DNA from: the human T2T-CHM13v2.0 reference genome, Homo sapiens | DNA: 64,000 nt | Reading direction: 5' to 3' | NCBI GenBank assembly: GCA_009914755.4 | Contig: CP068257.2 | Coordinates: forward strand, 27,808,001-27,872,000 | Shown here: one piece after another, positions 1-15,416 of the stretch | Position numbering within the stretch: the first letter of the stretch is position 1 | How the letters are laid out: each line of letters begins with the position of its first letter | The notes under the pieces: generated by a model | Told to the model about the DNA's origin: nothing | Seen by the model: the letters and a program-made list of their open reading frames with translations, nothing else | The model's database searches: none | Position numbers and translations under genes: made by a program

Positions 1-43
1 AATAATTTTTTGCCACTATTTCTATTTTATTGTATTTTGATAT

Positions 44-337
<294 letters not shown>

Positions 338-903
338 TAATAACACGAATAATTATTAGAAGTAATAATAATCATATAATTTCCAGATTCTAATAACTCA
401 TTTTGAAAAATATGGTTTTCATAGCTGATTGAAGAACTACAGATTGTTAGACAGGTATTAACCCTAGTAAAGGTGTGATACCTTCATGGAGTCAACCTAA
501 AAACGCAGACAAGAGAGCAAAAATCCCAGTCTTATGGGAATTTCTAAAACTGGATTGTCCTTTAGTTTTCTAAAAGTGCTTTTTCATGCAACATCTACAA
601 AATTCAACTCATTCTACAAGTTTGATGTGCAGAGGAAAACAATTATTTTTTTCTATCATTGATCTCTCCTTCCTCTTGGGAACTCACCTGCTGGTTAGAG
701 GGGGATATGTGCAGCCAGTTTAAAGCATGCACCAATCTGATGAGTTAGGCCTTCAAAGCAGCATTCAGACCCTGTTGTGTAATAGTTTTTAGTGTCTTAA
801 AAGAGCATTCTCTCCCTAAGCTTCTATCCCTAGATGGAGTCCAGGAATATGCCAGATTTCCTTCTGCCTTTGGGTCCTTTTGGATCCTATTTTCTTCAGA
901 TGG

Positions 904-1060
904 TGATATGGTTTGGCTGTGTCCCAAATCTCATCTTGAATTGTAGCTCCCATAATTCCCACATGTCATGGGAGGGACCCAGTGGGAGGTAATTGAATCA
1001 TGGGTGAGGTTACCTCCATGCTGTTCTTGTGATAATGAGTGAGTTCTCACGAGATCTGAT
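904..1060 (+). mobile_element. THE1/MST-type MaLR LTR, 5' portion (split by L1 insertion)
   Basis: Starts tgatatggtttggctgtgtccc..atctcatcttgaattgtagctcccataattcccaca..gggagggacccagtgggaggtaattgaatcatgg..tctcacgagatctgat. This matches the canonical THE1/MST LTR 5' end. It continues at 1436. Confidence 0.8.
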
Positions 1061-1435
1061 TTTTTTTTTTTATTATTATACTTTAAGTTTTAGGGTACAT
1101 GTGCACATTGTGCAGGTTAGTTACATATGTATACATGTGCCGTGCTGGTGCGCTGCACCCACTAACTCGTCATCTAGCATTAGGTATATCTCCCAATGCT
1201 ATCCCTCCCCCCTCCCCCCACCCCACCACAGTCCCCAGAGTGTGATATTCCCCTTCCTGTGTCCATGTGATCTCATTGTTCAATTCCCACCTATGAGTGA
1301 GAATATGCGGTGTTTGGTTTTTTGTTCTTGCCATAGTTTACTGAGAATGGATTAAAAAGTCAGGAAACAACAGGTGCTGGAGAGGATGTGGAGAAATAGG
1401 AACACTTTTACACTGTTGGTGGGACTGTAAACTAG
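1061..1435 (-). mobile_element. L1 (L1PA-like) 3' end, twin-primed (5'-inverted) insertion
   Basis: 1061-1075 is poly-T, i.e. the poly-A tail on the minus strand. 1076-1349 is the reverse complement of the L1 3' end (tttaagttttagggtacatgtgcacattgtgcaggttagttacatatgtatacatgtgcc..ccctcccc..cacctatgagtgagaatatgcggtgtttggttttttg). 1354-1435 is L1 ORF2 in the opposite orientation (caggaaacaacaggtgctggagaggatgtggagaaataggaacacttttacactgttggtgggactgtaaactag). It is flanked by ctgat at 1056-1060 and 1438-1442 (TSD). Confidence 0.85.
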
Positions 1436-1648
1436 AGCTGATGGTTTTATAAGGGGATTTCCCCCTTTTGCTCAGCACAGTTCTGTTGCCATGTGAAGAA
1501 GGTCATGGTTGCTTCCCCTTCCACCATGATTGTAAGTTCCCCAAGGCCTCCCCAGCCCTGAAGAACTGAGTCAATTTCACCTGTTTCTGTTATAAATTAT
1601 TCAGTCTTGGTTATTTCTTCATAGCAGTGTGAGAACAGACTAATACAG
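1436..1648 (+). mobile_element. THE1/MST-type MaLR LTR, 3' portion
   Basis: agctgatggttttataagggga..ccatgattgtaagttcc..ggcctccccagcc..tataaattattcagtcttggttatttcttcatagcagtgtgagaacagactaatacag matches the LTR 3' half. It resumes exactly where 904-1060 stops. Confidence 0.8.
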
Positions 1649-2039
1649 ATGGCCAAGATTGTAGCTGGAAAACTCCCAATCCCTTGTAATGGCTTAGGCA
1701 TTGTTAAAGGAATGGCATGCCATTTCCCCTTCTGTTCTCAGAGCATAAAGCTTTTTTGATTAAATTATTTTCTTTAAATTTTCTGTGCTTATATATAAGT
1801 GCATGTATGTTCATGTTTGTGTGTGTGTTTCATGGGGATAAGAAAGATGAGGAGAAAAAACATAGGTAATACAATCCATTTAGTGTCTCTAAAGTGCTAG
1901 GCATTTATAGTATCATTATCTTATTTGCTTTTTGTGGAAATCTTAGCCACAGTTATCATCACTTTCTAATCAATGAAGATAGTAAAGCTGCAGTATATCA
2001 GAATGGAGCCTGTGTCTATTTGATCTCAAAGATTGTGTT

Positions 2040-2620
2040 CATTCCATTCCTTAAAGAACTAAAAGTAGAACTACCATGTGATCCAGCAATCTCACTCCTG
2101 GGTATCTTCCCACAGGAAAAGAAGTCATTATACAAAAAAGATACTTGCACACACATGTTTATAGCAGCACAATTAGCAATTGCAAATATATGGAACCAGC
2201 CCAAATGCCCATCAATCAATGAGTGGATAAAGAAATTGTGGAATATATATACCATGGACTACTACTCAGCCATAAAAAGGAATGAAATAATGACATTTGC
2301 AGCAACCTGGATGGAATTGGAGACCATTATTCTAAGTGAAGTAACTCGGGAATGGAAAACCAAACATCATATGTTCTTACTCACAAGTGGGAGCTAAACT
2401 ATAAGGATGAAAAGACATAGGAATGATACAATGGACTTTGGGAACTCAGGGGAAAGTGTTGCAGTGGGCTGAGGGATAAAAGACTACACGTTGGGTATAA
2501 GGTACAGTACTCGGGTGATGGGTGCACCAAAATCTCAGAAATCACCATGAAAGAACTTACTCAGGTAATCAAACACCACCTGTTCCTCAAAAACCTATTT
2601 AAATAATTTTAAAAATGCAA
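2040..2620 (+). mobile_element. L1 3' terminal fragment (older L1P/L1M subfamily); the ORF 1894-2397 is an ORF2 C-terminal remnant
   Basis: Translation ..LPCDPAISLLGIFPQEKKSLYKKDTCTHMFIAAQLAIANIWNQPKCPSINEWIKKLWNIYTMDYYSAIKRNEIMTFAATWMELETIILSEVTREWKTKHHMFLLTSGS parallels the L1 ORF2 C-terminus (..IPFDPAIPLLGIYPKDYKS..TCTRMFIAALFTIAKTWNQPKCP..WIKKMWHIYTMEYYAAIKNDEFMSFVGTWMKLETIILSKL..KTKHRMFSLIGGN). An A-rich tail lies at ~2600-2635. Confidence 0.85.
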
Positions 2621-4258
2621 AAAACAAAAAGAGATTGCACTCTTTCCTTTATCTCTTGGGAGTGGTAAAGTGGAAAAAATAGTTTTTTATGGCCTTTGGT
2701 GTTCAATTTGTAATGTTGCCATCCAAATCAGTTGTACCAGTTTGCAGTGTTACAAATTGTACAGAGTATTTCTAGTGTGGTAACATCCTTATTCAATCTG
2801 TGTGCTATTTCCAGAAGTGTTTTCTAATTTGTAGGTCCATGTTAATATTTCAAGTTTGCTTTAATGTGCAATCTTTGATGTTTAGTGAGAATGAACACAT
2901 TTCCATTTGTTTGTTTAAATGTAATTGTGTTCTTTCTTGTACAAATTGTTACATATTTTCAATTTTAATGCTAGGGCATTTTTGCCTTTTAAAATAAATT
3001 TTAATGAGATGATATTTTATAGAAATATTTGACATACTCAATATCAAATATTGTTCATAGTCTACTGGTTTCTTTATCAATTGAGTTTTTAATATATCAT
3101 TTTAAGTTTTACATATCTAAATTTGTCAGTTTTTTCTTATGATTTTGATTGGTACTTTAGGCTTGAGAAAAATTATTATTTGTCTGCAGATATAATCAAT
3201 ATTTTAATTATTCTAATTTTTATGAATTTGTTAATTTTATAATGTTTTATAATGTTTTAACATCTAACACAACTTAATTCTTCTAAGAGCAATACTTTGC
3301 TTTTCTTATATTTTAAAAACCAGTGACACTTTTTTCAGTGTTTTTATAATATTCCAATTATTCTAAACACTTTCCTAAAATTGATTTTGGAAATATTTTG
3401 TTATCTTCCCACCCCTCTCTATTGAGAGTTTGAATGCAATGGTAATACTTCTACAAATTAACTTTGAAGAAATATTAATCTCTTTATCAAGGTTTAAATT
3501 ATAACTTCACTTATTAAAGTTTTTCTTTATATTTCCTACTTAACATTTTTCATTATAAAAGTTCTATGTAGCTTTTAATTAAGCTTTTTCATGAATATTT
3601 GCTAACTCTATTATTCTTGAGAATAATCTCTTTTATTATTATGCTTTAGCTTCCTTTTACGGGATATAAGACTTTGATGAACTTTTTGGATGTTCTATCT
3701 TTTCATTTCACTGTTATTATTTCTAATTGGTAATTTATCTCTAATAGCAGATTTATTCGGCTCTTTTAATGATGCAATTATTCTAATTGTGCATAATAAT
3801 TTTTCAGTTCCCAATATGATTTTTATATCTTACTTGAATCTTAATGATATTTATTATTATTTTAGAAAAACAGTTGTAGAAGAGACATCAATTAATTTGC
3901 CGGTCTTGTCCAATCTCCCTTTCTAACTGTTCTGCTTGCTAGCTCAGCACTATATGTGTGCTTCCGTAATGATTGATTGGATAAAAAATGGGCACACGCC
4001 TTAGGGAAAGCTGATTCGTCTGCCAGCCAGCAACCAGCAGATTAGGAGTCAGACAGGAGCTATAAGGTCATGTACTGTTGATACTGAGTTCCCACACACA
4101 TGCACACTCACATGTATGACACACGTGTACACACACATACATGTGCACACACACACCAACCCACAAAAGCCAATCCAAGAGAACATTCAGACTCGGAAAG
4201 AGCTGTTTTGTTATCTTTCAACTTCTCGTGAGAAGCAGTTTTCCCTTTAGGTTTTTCA

Positions 4259-4568
<310 letters not shown>

Positions 4569-5041
4569 TCCCTTTAGGTTTTAGATTCTACTATAATAAA
4601 CCCTCCTTTCTGTGATCTATCTCTAGTGGGATTCTGTTTCTCAAAACCAAAAATTCTCTGACCAACACAATACTGATAATAGGTATCCTTACTCTTTTCT
4701 TGTGTTTAAAATGAATGCCACATATGTTTCAAGTTTTGATTTAATATAAATAATTATAGTAAAGTAAAATTTTTTATTACTTTAAAAATATTGTTATAGG
4801 GTATAAAATTTTATTAGATGTACGTGTGTGGGGAAGATCTGTTGAAATTATCACATGCATAATTTCAATAGATGCCCACTAACACATGGATATTTTCTTA
4901 TTTAATTTATATGTTGTATATTATATCTATAGATAACCAAATATATTAAACTATAACTTCAGCTTTTCTGGTATTTGGTTAAATAATCTTCTCATCACAT
5001 GACACAATGATGAGAACAGACAATATCTCAAAAGACAAAGA

Positions 5042-5377
<336 letters not shown>

Positions 5378-5976
5378 CTAGGGGAGCACCACAAATGTAT
5401 TAACAAAGATACATTTTAACAACTTTTATTTTAGTATTACTGAGTAGCATAATGGTCCTGTTGATGGTTCCATCCCATCCCAAGGCTCTGACTCTGTCCC
5501 AGATTCTTAACTTTTCTTCTTATCAAAGCTAGTCTTTTTATAATTTAGGAATAGACTTCCGATAAATATCTGCTTATACCATGTCAGTCTGGAGTGCTGC
5601 TGAAAGATATTTTTCCTATCCCTATCCTTCCTAGCACTGCTAAGGGAGTGAGGTCAGACACCACCCAGTAACACAAATAGTGCCATCTTATGGCTCAGCT
5701 TCACCATCTTTGCAAAACATGTGTAATACTATACCATGGAATAGTATACCATGTATACCACTTACTAGTACCTGGTATAGTATTTTCATGGTATTATACT
5801 ATAGCATGTATAACATTAATTTAATCTTTTTTCTCCAACCTTTTAATATGAATACATTCTAACATACAGGAAAGTTGAAAAAATAGTACAGTGGATAAAA
5901 TGCTTAACACCTCTTCTGTTACCATGGCTTCTTCATTCTCAAGTTTTAAATTTTGACTCATCTATTAATTGGCTAG

Positions 5977-6322
<346 letters not shown>

Positions 6323-6499
6323 TCATGGATGTTTTTATTCCTTCGTTTCTTCTATGTTCAATAATGTCTACCTGATGCTATGTGAACAACCTCTCTTGGC
6401 TGGAGATAATTCTCTTGGGGGAACCATTTTTTTTCCCTTAGAGATTAATAGACATTATTCCATCATCACCTGGCATTCATTGGTATGGTGAATAAATCT

Positions 6500-7330
6500 A
6501 CGGCCAGCATGATTTTTTTTCTTTTTGTGAGTGATGTGCATTATTTGTCTGGATGACTGTGTAATTGTTTATTCTTGATGTTACTTAGTCTACTAGATGG
6601 TTCTTGGTGTTGAAAATCCCCTATAACACTTGATATGTTCAATTATGATATGAGCTTTTGTTCAGGCTCATTGGTTGCTCTTTGAATTTTGGGATATATG
6701 TATATATATATCGTATTGTATAATACGATATATATATTGTATTACAACTTACAACATATTTTTTCAGTTTCACTTGTTGATTATCTCACGGGCACCAATT
6801 CTTCTTTGGCTATATCATCTTTGTCCTCCATGTAACTTAGTTCCTTTCTAATTGTTTAGATGTCTTTGTTTTTTAAATTTGCATTCATTATTTTTATGTT
6901 CAATTTTCCACATGTTAGTAGCTTGCTCTTTAGCAATGTCTATTCAGTTCCTTGCTAGTTCTAATACGTTTTTTAGTTCAGAAATAATGTTGATTTGAGC
7001 ATCAATTTATTGCCTCAGCTAGGCAATTTCTCTTTTCATCTTATTCTATCCTTTTTACCATCTTACCGTATTCATTTAATAATTACGTTGTTTCATAGCA
7101 TAACACAGTGGTAGAGCACTTTCCCTCGTTCATTAATTTTTCCTTCTAGCATTGGTTCTTTGTCTTTTTGACATTCTGCTCCCTTTTCTACTCCCACCCT
7201 TTTGGCTGTCACATGTTTGCATTGTTGCCGTGCTATTTTTTTTCTTCTTGCTTATGACTTGGCAGTCCTGTGCTGATGTTCCATTTGATGTGGTATAGAG
7301 CTGGGTGATTTCTTAACCCTCTTCCTGTCA
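6500..7330 (-). mobile_element. Probable ancient L1 fragment, antisense (ORF2 3' region)
   Basis: ggtgttgaaaatcccctataaca..cttttgttcaggctcattggttgctctttgaattttgggatatatgtatatat parallels the reverse complement of L1 (gtgttgaagtctcc(t/a)actatta..ctaagaacttgctttatgaatctgggtgctcctgtattgggtgcatatatattt). The downstream T-rich sequence is consistent with antisense L1. Boundaries are approximate. Confidence 0.45.
6702..6737. repeat. Perfect AT-rich inverted repeat (16-bp arms, 4-nt spacer)
   Basis: atatatatatcgtatt gtat aatacgatatatatat. The right arm is the exact reverse complement of the left. It is embedded in a (TA)n-rich stretch. Confidence 0.85.
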
Positions 7331-8205
7331 TATGAGAGTTTGTTTTCCTCTGTAAGCTACAGTTTGATAGTTAAGTCTTTTGCTTCTACCCATTTTTGAG
7401 TCGCCTAAGGAGAAAATAGAGGATACGAAGAAAGGTCGGCTGAGGAGCTCTCTTTTAGGATATTTAGGATCTTTTGTGCCTTTGAGGTTTTTTGTCACAT
7501 ACGTGTTCTGTAACACTTGGCTAGGAATCATATATTTTATTTCCGCTTGGAGGCAGGAAGGGCCTTGAGCTTTAGCTTGTTCTTCAGTTGTACTTCAATA
7601 CAGGATGTAGGTCTGTAGTTTCCATTTTCATCAGAGAGAGTTATGTACATTGTCTGCTTTCTCCATTTAACCTGCCTCACCCCAGGAACCACTCCATCAT
7701 TCTTCTGTTAAGAGAGAAAATGATACAGATATATGTTCAGTCTGCTTCTGTTCAGGTTGAGGGTATTAACAACAAATTTCAGAACTTTGTAACCTCAGTG
7801 ACACTCCTTCTGGGATAAGCTGAGGTCCACTAGGAGGGAACTGGTTTGGATGCCAGCTGTACTGCACCCCTCCCCTCCACTGAAGAATGCCCCCTCCCCT
7901 GCAACTTTCCTTCCACGATTTCGTTTAATTATTTTTCCTTCTGTAGGTTGCTGTAGCTCTTCTTTGCTCACTTGCTAAGTGTCAGGGGAGGCAAGTTCTG
8001 TGTTGCACTTTAAATTTATTATGTTCATTCAGAAACCCTGCTAAACACCTTAATAGCAATGCTGGGAGGAGAATATTAGCATGCCCAGGCAGCAAAGGAA
8101 CAACAAAGCCCAGGGTTGTTAAGCGATGTGCTTATGGCCGCATAAATTAGTATGTGGAAGATTCAGAAAGCAGGCCCATTTTTTTCCATTCCAGACCATA
8201 GCTTT

Positions 8206-8511
<306 letters not shown>

Positions 8512-8567
8512 TAGCTTTTTGTATTACAGTCCCAAATACAAGTTAATTATTTCATCAATTAAACAAA

Positions 8568-8714
8568 AATATACACATATATATTATATAATGTATATAC
8601 ATATATATACATATGTATATATTATATTGTATATATGTATATATAAACATTATATATATATGTATTTATACGTATATTTTATATATACATATGTGTGTGT
8701 GTGTGTATGTATAG
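8568..8714. repeat. AT-rich simple repeat ((TATATG)n/(TA)n/(TG)n)
   Basis: atatacacatatatattatataatgtatatacatatatatacatatgtatatat..catatgtgtgtgtgtgtgtatgtatag. Confidence 0.9.
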
Positions 8715-8752
8715 TTCTACAGTCCTTGACGTATTTTGAAAATTCCAAAATT

Positions 8753-9048
<296 letters not shown>

Positions 9049-9284
9049 GAAAATTCCAAAATGAAGGGTTATTTGGGAAAAATCTATAAGCTTACCTTTG
9101 TTCAATAGACACATTCATGAACAGCTGTGTGTAAAGTTATGTCTAGATAGAACAATATTTAAAATGCATAATTGTGTACACTATTTTAAATAACCCTGGA
9201 TAAGATATTCCAAAATTTAAGGAAAATTGTAGTAATTTGATTTTTTAAATATACACATTTTAGTTTTGTGTGTGTGCATGTTTA

Positions 9285-9616
<332 letters not shown>

Positions 9617-9650
9617 TCAATATCAAGAGGCTTTGTAAAACCTCCTTTGA

Positions 9651-9989
<339 letters not shown>

Positions 9990-10689
9990 TAAGCTAGGAC
10001 GTTTTGTTTTTGTTTATTTTGATCTGTACTTGCTGTCCCTGGGTATAATGTGTAGAGGGTTCTGTGTTAGGGCCTGAGTCTTATTTGTATACTCATCGCT
10101 CCAATTTTCTGATTCAGTGGTTCTTATCCTACCCTGTACACAAATATTATCTAGGATGTTTGTTAAAATATAGCTGGGACCCAATTAGAAATTCTGACTC
10201 AAAAGTATTGGGGTAGGACTTAGGAGTCTGCATTTTAACAAGATCTCTAGTTCCTTTTAAGGAAGATAGTCCATTGACTACAATTTTAGAAACACTGCTT
10301 TAGATCATTTAATAGTTGAGATTTGGTGTATCAAGGGGCATTTCCCCAGCTTGGTTATCAGAGATGGAAGTATTCCTCATGTCTCACAATAGCCCTAAAG
10401 GATAGAACACCTGATATAAAATGGTGCTCTTAGTCACATAGAAAAGAATGTGGAATTTAAGATAGTAATGTTAGGGGTAGACATTTGAATAAATAATTTT
10501 TGCCTAATTAGCTTTCAATGGTTAGCTTATGACAGAAAATGTGCAAAGGCAGATATTAGAATTTTACAATCCTTCTGATTGAAAATAGTAATTTTTTATT
10601 TTTTTTTCTGTTCTATTTAGACCTTTAATGGCCTGGGTGATATCCACCTACCTCGGTGAGGACAGTTTTTTTTACTCAGTTTACTGAGT

Positions 10690-10812
10690 CAAATGCTAAT
10701 CTCTTCCAGAAAGACCCTCACAAATACACCCAGAAATAGTGTTTTACTAACTATCTGGGCATCCCTAAGCCCAGTCAAGTTGACATATAAAATTAACCAT
10801 CACACAGGAGGC
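10690..10812 (+). mobile_element. 3' terminal fragment of an ancient LTR-type repeat (family ending ..cccagtcaagttgacacataaaattaaccatcacagg)
   Basis: aaagaccctcacaaatacacccagaaatagtgttttactaactatctgggcatccctaagcccagtcaagttgacatataaaattaaccatcacacagg. The same terminus recurs at 32692 and 36378 in this window. I cannot name the family confidently by eye. Confidence 0.55.
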
Positions 10813-13800
10813 CATTTAAAAGTTTTTTTGTGAGGCTCAATTACGATAATCCATGTACAAGCTTTCTGAAATGCGTAAGTTATGATACATTTGAAAAGTG
10901 TAACATCACTGATGCTCCTTGCCATAAACTTAGGCAATATGAAACAATCTTGCTCTTAGAACCACTTCAAATGATTGGTAAATTGGGGTCACTTATGGTA
11001 ATTTTATTTATAATCTTTAATCTTGTATCTACATCTCTTTTCTCCTCTTCCTTCTCTTACATTCAGTAAATCTAAGGCTTCTTTGAGTTTCTGTGCCCTC
11101 TCTTACCTATTGGCAATGTCTATAAAGACACAGCTCACCTCTTTCTTCTCTTCTGGGAAATATTATTAGCCATTATGCTTTCAGCCCACATTTGTTCACT
11201 TATTATTTCCCTGTGTAGACCCTACAAAATGGGAACCAGATCTTTTTCTATAGTTTTAGATAAAGGTATTCTGGCAGTTTTCTAGAGAAATTCATTATTA
11301 GAAATTTATTCTAATGGGAACCCATTTTTGGCTTACTCTGTTGGTTGCTTTGACCTCTGTTTTTCCTTGCAGAGCTCGACTTATTAATATCATTTAGGAG
11401 CACTGGGAAACATCATTCTGCATATTTATCAGGCAATTCATACACACATCCCTACAGTTCAGTGTATAGAGCTTCTCTGTTTTGGACTTAAACTGAAAGA
11501 TTTTAATGACTGGTCGTATTGGCCCAGCTCCTAATATGCAGATGAATCATTGTGTCTGCACTGCGGAGTGTTGGCCATCTTTTTACTTCTGCTTTTCTTA
11601 AGTAGATGCAAATATTGAGGGGATCCTAAAGAAGGACAGGAAGAGTACCAGCATTTTTTTTTTTCTAAATCTGCCACTAAAGTCCCTTTGGATTGGATTT
11701 TAGATAGTCATGGCATTTGAATAACCTGCATTTATTAATCTCTGGAAATAAGTGAAAAACTAGAAAAGGCTGAACGTACAATCAATATAATGCAATACTG
11801 GGGCCTAACAAAGTGGATAAATGATATTTATCAGCAGGCGACTGCTGTTTAATTCACAGGCACAAATGCCCACATTCATCTGTGACACTGAATCAGTTTT
11901 CTTGTGAGTGTTGTCTTCCCTGAGGTTTCTTTCTCTTACTCTTCTCTCCTTGCTCAAATTTCAGAGTTGTCATCCACAATTCTGGGAAAGGTGATGTTTC
12001 ACTTGCTTCATTCAATAAAGATGGGGTTTAGGGGGGTGACACAAGGTATGGCTACCAATGTCTAATGCTGGTATTATATCCTTTATCCAGTATGCTGGGG
12101 AGAAAGTACAATCATTTTGCTTTACTTCATAGCTATCTGGTTCATTAAATCCCATGAGTCTTGGTAAATTATGAAGCAATTATTGATTTTGTTGTGGTCA
12201 ACATCAAGATATATATTGATTTTCCCACCAGTCAATAGTTTCCAGAGGCATAATCAATATTGATGTTTGCTGAACATGTGTGTTAATGTCAGTGTGTGTA
12301 TATGTACTTAGATCTCTACACTCAGATATTTATTTTATACTCTTTCTGAACGTTTTTGTAAAAAACTATTTTCTCCCAAAGATCCTATTATTTTTTGGCT
12401 GATTTATTCAGTTCTTCCTTTTTGCTTTACATTTTTAATCTCATTTATTCTTCCCCGGATTGATAATGGAAAGGAAAACTAAGGCTTTGGAAGAAGTCTA
12501 TTTGCCTTTAATGAACCGGTTGGGGGTGAGTCTTCCTGATGAGATTGTGATTAATTGCAAAGTGAGTATTACTTCTTGTCTCCATCCTGTCGGTTCGATA
12601 GAATGACAAAAAAAGTTGAAGACTTTCACTCTCCATTCCAGCATCTACCAGACCAACATAACTCAGTAAGCACATCTGAGAATCCCCCTCATTTACTCCC
12701 AGTACTTTTTTCAATTATGTGGAACATAGACGAACAGGTCAAACTTGGATTTAGACAAAGTTAAATGATCAACTACATGATGCAATTTAATGGGCACAAA
12801 AATAAAAAAAAAAAAACCTCTTACTGTCTTACATAATAGCCTAAAGTCTACCAGTAGGAATTTATTATAAATATCCTCTTAGAAAATTCAGATTGCTCCT
12901 GAGTAAATTAGAATATCAGGAAACTCACCCTTAGCCATCTATTGAACACATACTAGATATCTAGTTCTTTGCTATCATTTTGAGTTGGCACTTTACTTGG
13001 TTGACTCCGTGGTTCTTTAGTCTTTATCTGCACTCCACGTTTCTTTAAGCTAGCTGATGTTTCTCATATATTAATTGGCTTCTTCGACCAGTGAGGCAAA
13101 TGAATTAGTACTCATTTCATCAGTGAGTTTTTTCTTTTCATCTAGAAAGATGCATTCCATCTAGGAAATGGGGGATTTGATGGCATGTGAGAAAGGTGAG
13201 AAGAAAGGAATAAATTTAAAGTACAGCAAATTGCCATCCTATACATGCATGTGTGCATGCCCTCTGGTATATATGTATCAGATGCTAGGTGGTAAGCAAT
13301 AATTTGCCATGAAGCAGTTTGGTAGGGGTGAACTTCTCAGAGTAATTTCAAGCCAGTTATTGACTCCCAATAACAACTTAGCATTCTGATTCCCAGAGGA
13401 TAATGTGGTCAAGAAAAGAGAAGGATAACGCATACATGACAAAATCAACCTCCCTCATTAAAACAATTTCCCTAATTGATCAGTGCTTCAGAGCATTCCA
13501 TGTAGTGGCCGGGGAAAAAGTGCAGTACAGAAAAAAACTGGTTCTTGCAAAAGAGAGATAGCTTTGATGTGACAGAGACAGTGTGACAATAACCAAGTCC
13601 ACTTTTCTGTAATACTGATCTGCCAATGCTTTGTATAGTGCTTAAGACCCATGTGGAGAAAATAGCAGTTCACATTCTGTTGATGCATATTTAAAGCTAA
13701 GAACTTAAAAATGAGATTTTATGTTTGAATTGTTTTTGTTGCTATACTTTTGAGCCAGTGTGATTCTTTATAAAATGCATCAACATGATTTTCAAACGTT

Positions 13801-14857
13801 ACATGGGGATAAAAGAAAAGCCATTCTAAAGTTAAATATATAGATTTTCGCGAAGCTTATATAGTCAAGGTAGCCTTTTTACTTTTGACTTCTAATATAA
13901 AGAGGAATTATGTTGAAAGCAGTTCATGTGGAAGCAAAGTATTGTTCCTGCAGAATACAGGAATAGATGGACAATTTGTGAATGGCTCCTTTTTCCTTCC
14001 CCTTTCATGCTATGTAAAAATCTGGATTATAAAACATATCTGTACAAGGGCCTTTTTTTTTTTTTTCTGAAAGCCCACATGGATCTGGAGGATATGTAAC
14101 ATCAAAATGTTTTGTTGTCTCTCCTGCAGGGACCCCATGGGGACCATTTTTTTCATGGCTACAGACTCAGTTTGACTTGGGTCTGGAATGGCCTTGGTGT
14201 TTCGAGGAAGGAGACAAGCAGTTCTTGCCTTTCACGTGAATTGTCCATCATTAATCCCATATTTAATGGCTCCTGGTGGAGCTGTACTCCATTCCTTGCT
14301 GTGATATCCCAGGAAATGTTCCTACTGGCTCCTGGAAAATTGTGAGGAAAATTAAGTTTGATTTGGATACCCAAAGCATCCACTGTGTACCATTTCATTC
14401 CTCACCTCAACAATCCCTCTTTCGTGGCTCATGGTCTTATGTTCTTATGTATTACACAAATATTATTATATGTTCATATATTTTACCTTATATTTTCATT
14501 TATTAAGAGTAAGGTTTTGATATGAGTACTATAAATATGAGCCAGTATATGGTTATTGATAATTAAAACAATATTATTTATACATTTATTATTATGCAAT
14601 GAAAACTTGTTCCTTATATAAGAGAAATTTTAGGAATAGCAGCAAATGGGGAGATACATTCGGTACAAGGACTTTAATAGTGACACTGAAGTGACTGGTT
14701 TCAGCAGCCACTTTGGCCTATATGGCCTTGCCTCGAGACCTCTAGAAATGGCATCATTAGGCCTTCTTCTTTCTGAGTTCTTTCCTTCATAAGTTATGTA
14801 CCTGATAAGGACTTTATGCATCAGAAAGTATGGCGTAGTATAGAACAATACAGGCAG

Positions 14858-15150
14858 CATGGCACAGTGGAAGGAACTCAGGGCTAGTTGTCAAGAGATT
14901 TGGGTTCTTCTGCGTGCTTAATGCTAGTTTTATGATTTGGACAAATCACATCGCCTACCTGGACATCGGTGTCTACATCTGTGGGATGATGATGATGATG
15001 ACAGTTAAGTGCTTAACAATAACGAACTCATTTAATCTTTGCAACATCCTAATGAAGTAGATACCATTTTTCTCATTTTACAGATGAGGATGCTAAGCCA
15101 TAAAAAGGTTAAATCTATTGCTTAAGTTCACTCAGCAAAGACAGGGTTAA
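14858..15150. mobile_element. MIR SINE fragments (two adjacent pieces, opposite orientations)
   Basis: ggcacagtggaaggaactcagggctagttgtcaagagatttgggttcttc..aatcacatcgcctacctgg..catctgtgg matches the MIR 5' half in the plus orientation. ..tcatttaatctttgcaacatcctaatgaagtagataccatttttctcattttacagatgaggatgctaagcc..ggttaa..cttaagttcactcagc matches the MIR core in the minus orientation. A (GAT)6 run lies at 14984-15001. Confidence 0.6.
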
Positions 15151-15354
15151 GGTTATGTCTTCCTGTCCTGGGCTCCTCTCTTCTTGACAGTGGCTAAAGT
15201 TCCTAAAGTCTCAGATTCTATTTTAATGAAAACTTGCATCGGTGAAGACACAGATAAAACACAGTTCTGGAACAATGTATTCCAATGGATTTGAAAGCCA
15301 TTCAATAATCATGACCATAACTTAGTAGTTTGTTTCAAAAATACATACTTGTCT

Positions 15355-15355
<1 letters not shown>

Positions 15356-15416
<61 letters not shown>

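Noticed and set aside
1894-2397. 167-aa ORF, the longest in the first 10 kb.
   Set aside because: Its C-terminal ~120 residues are clearly homologous to the L1 ORF2 C-terminus. It is a retrotransposon remnant, not a host gene. The N-terminal part is fortuitous read-through of flanking DNA.
2640-3960. Long AT-rich stretch with periodic tttta/aatt motifs that might be a satellite or scaffold-attachment region.
   Set aside because: No unit periodicity could be established by eye. It more likely represents highly decayed ancient L1 or other AT-rich repeat debris, so it is not reported as a feature.
12585-12610. tRNA-like B-box resemblance (tcggttcgatagaatgac).
   Set aside because: GGTTCGAT matches only part of the B-box. 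There is no A-box at the right spacing, no cloverleaf-compatible flanks and no terminator T-run, so it is not a tRNA gene.
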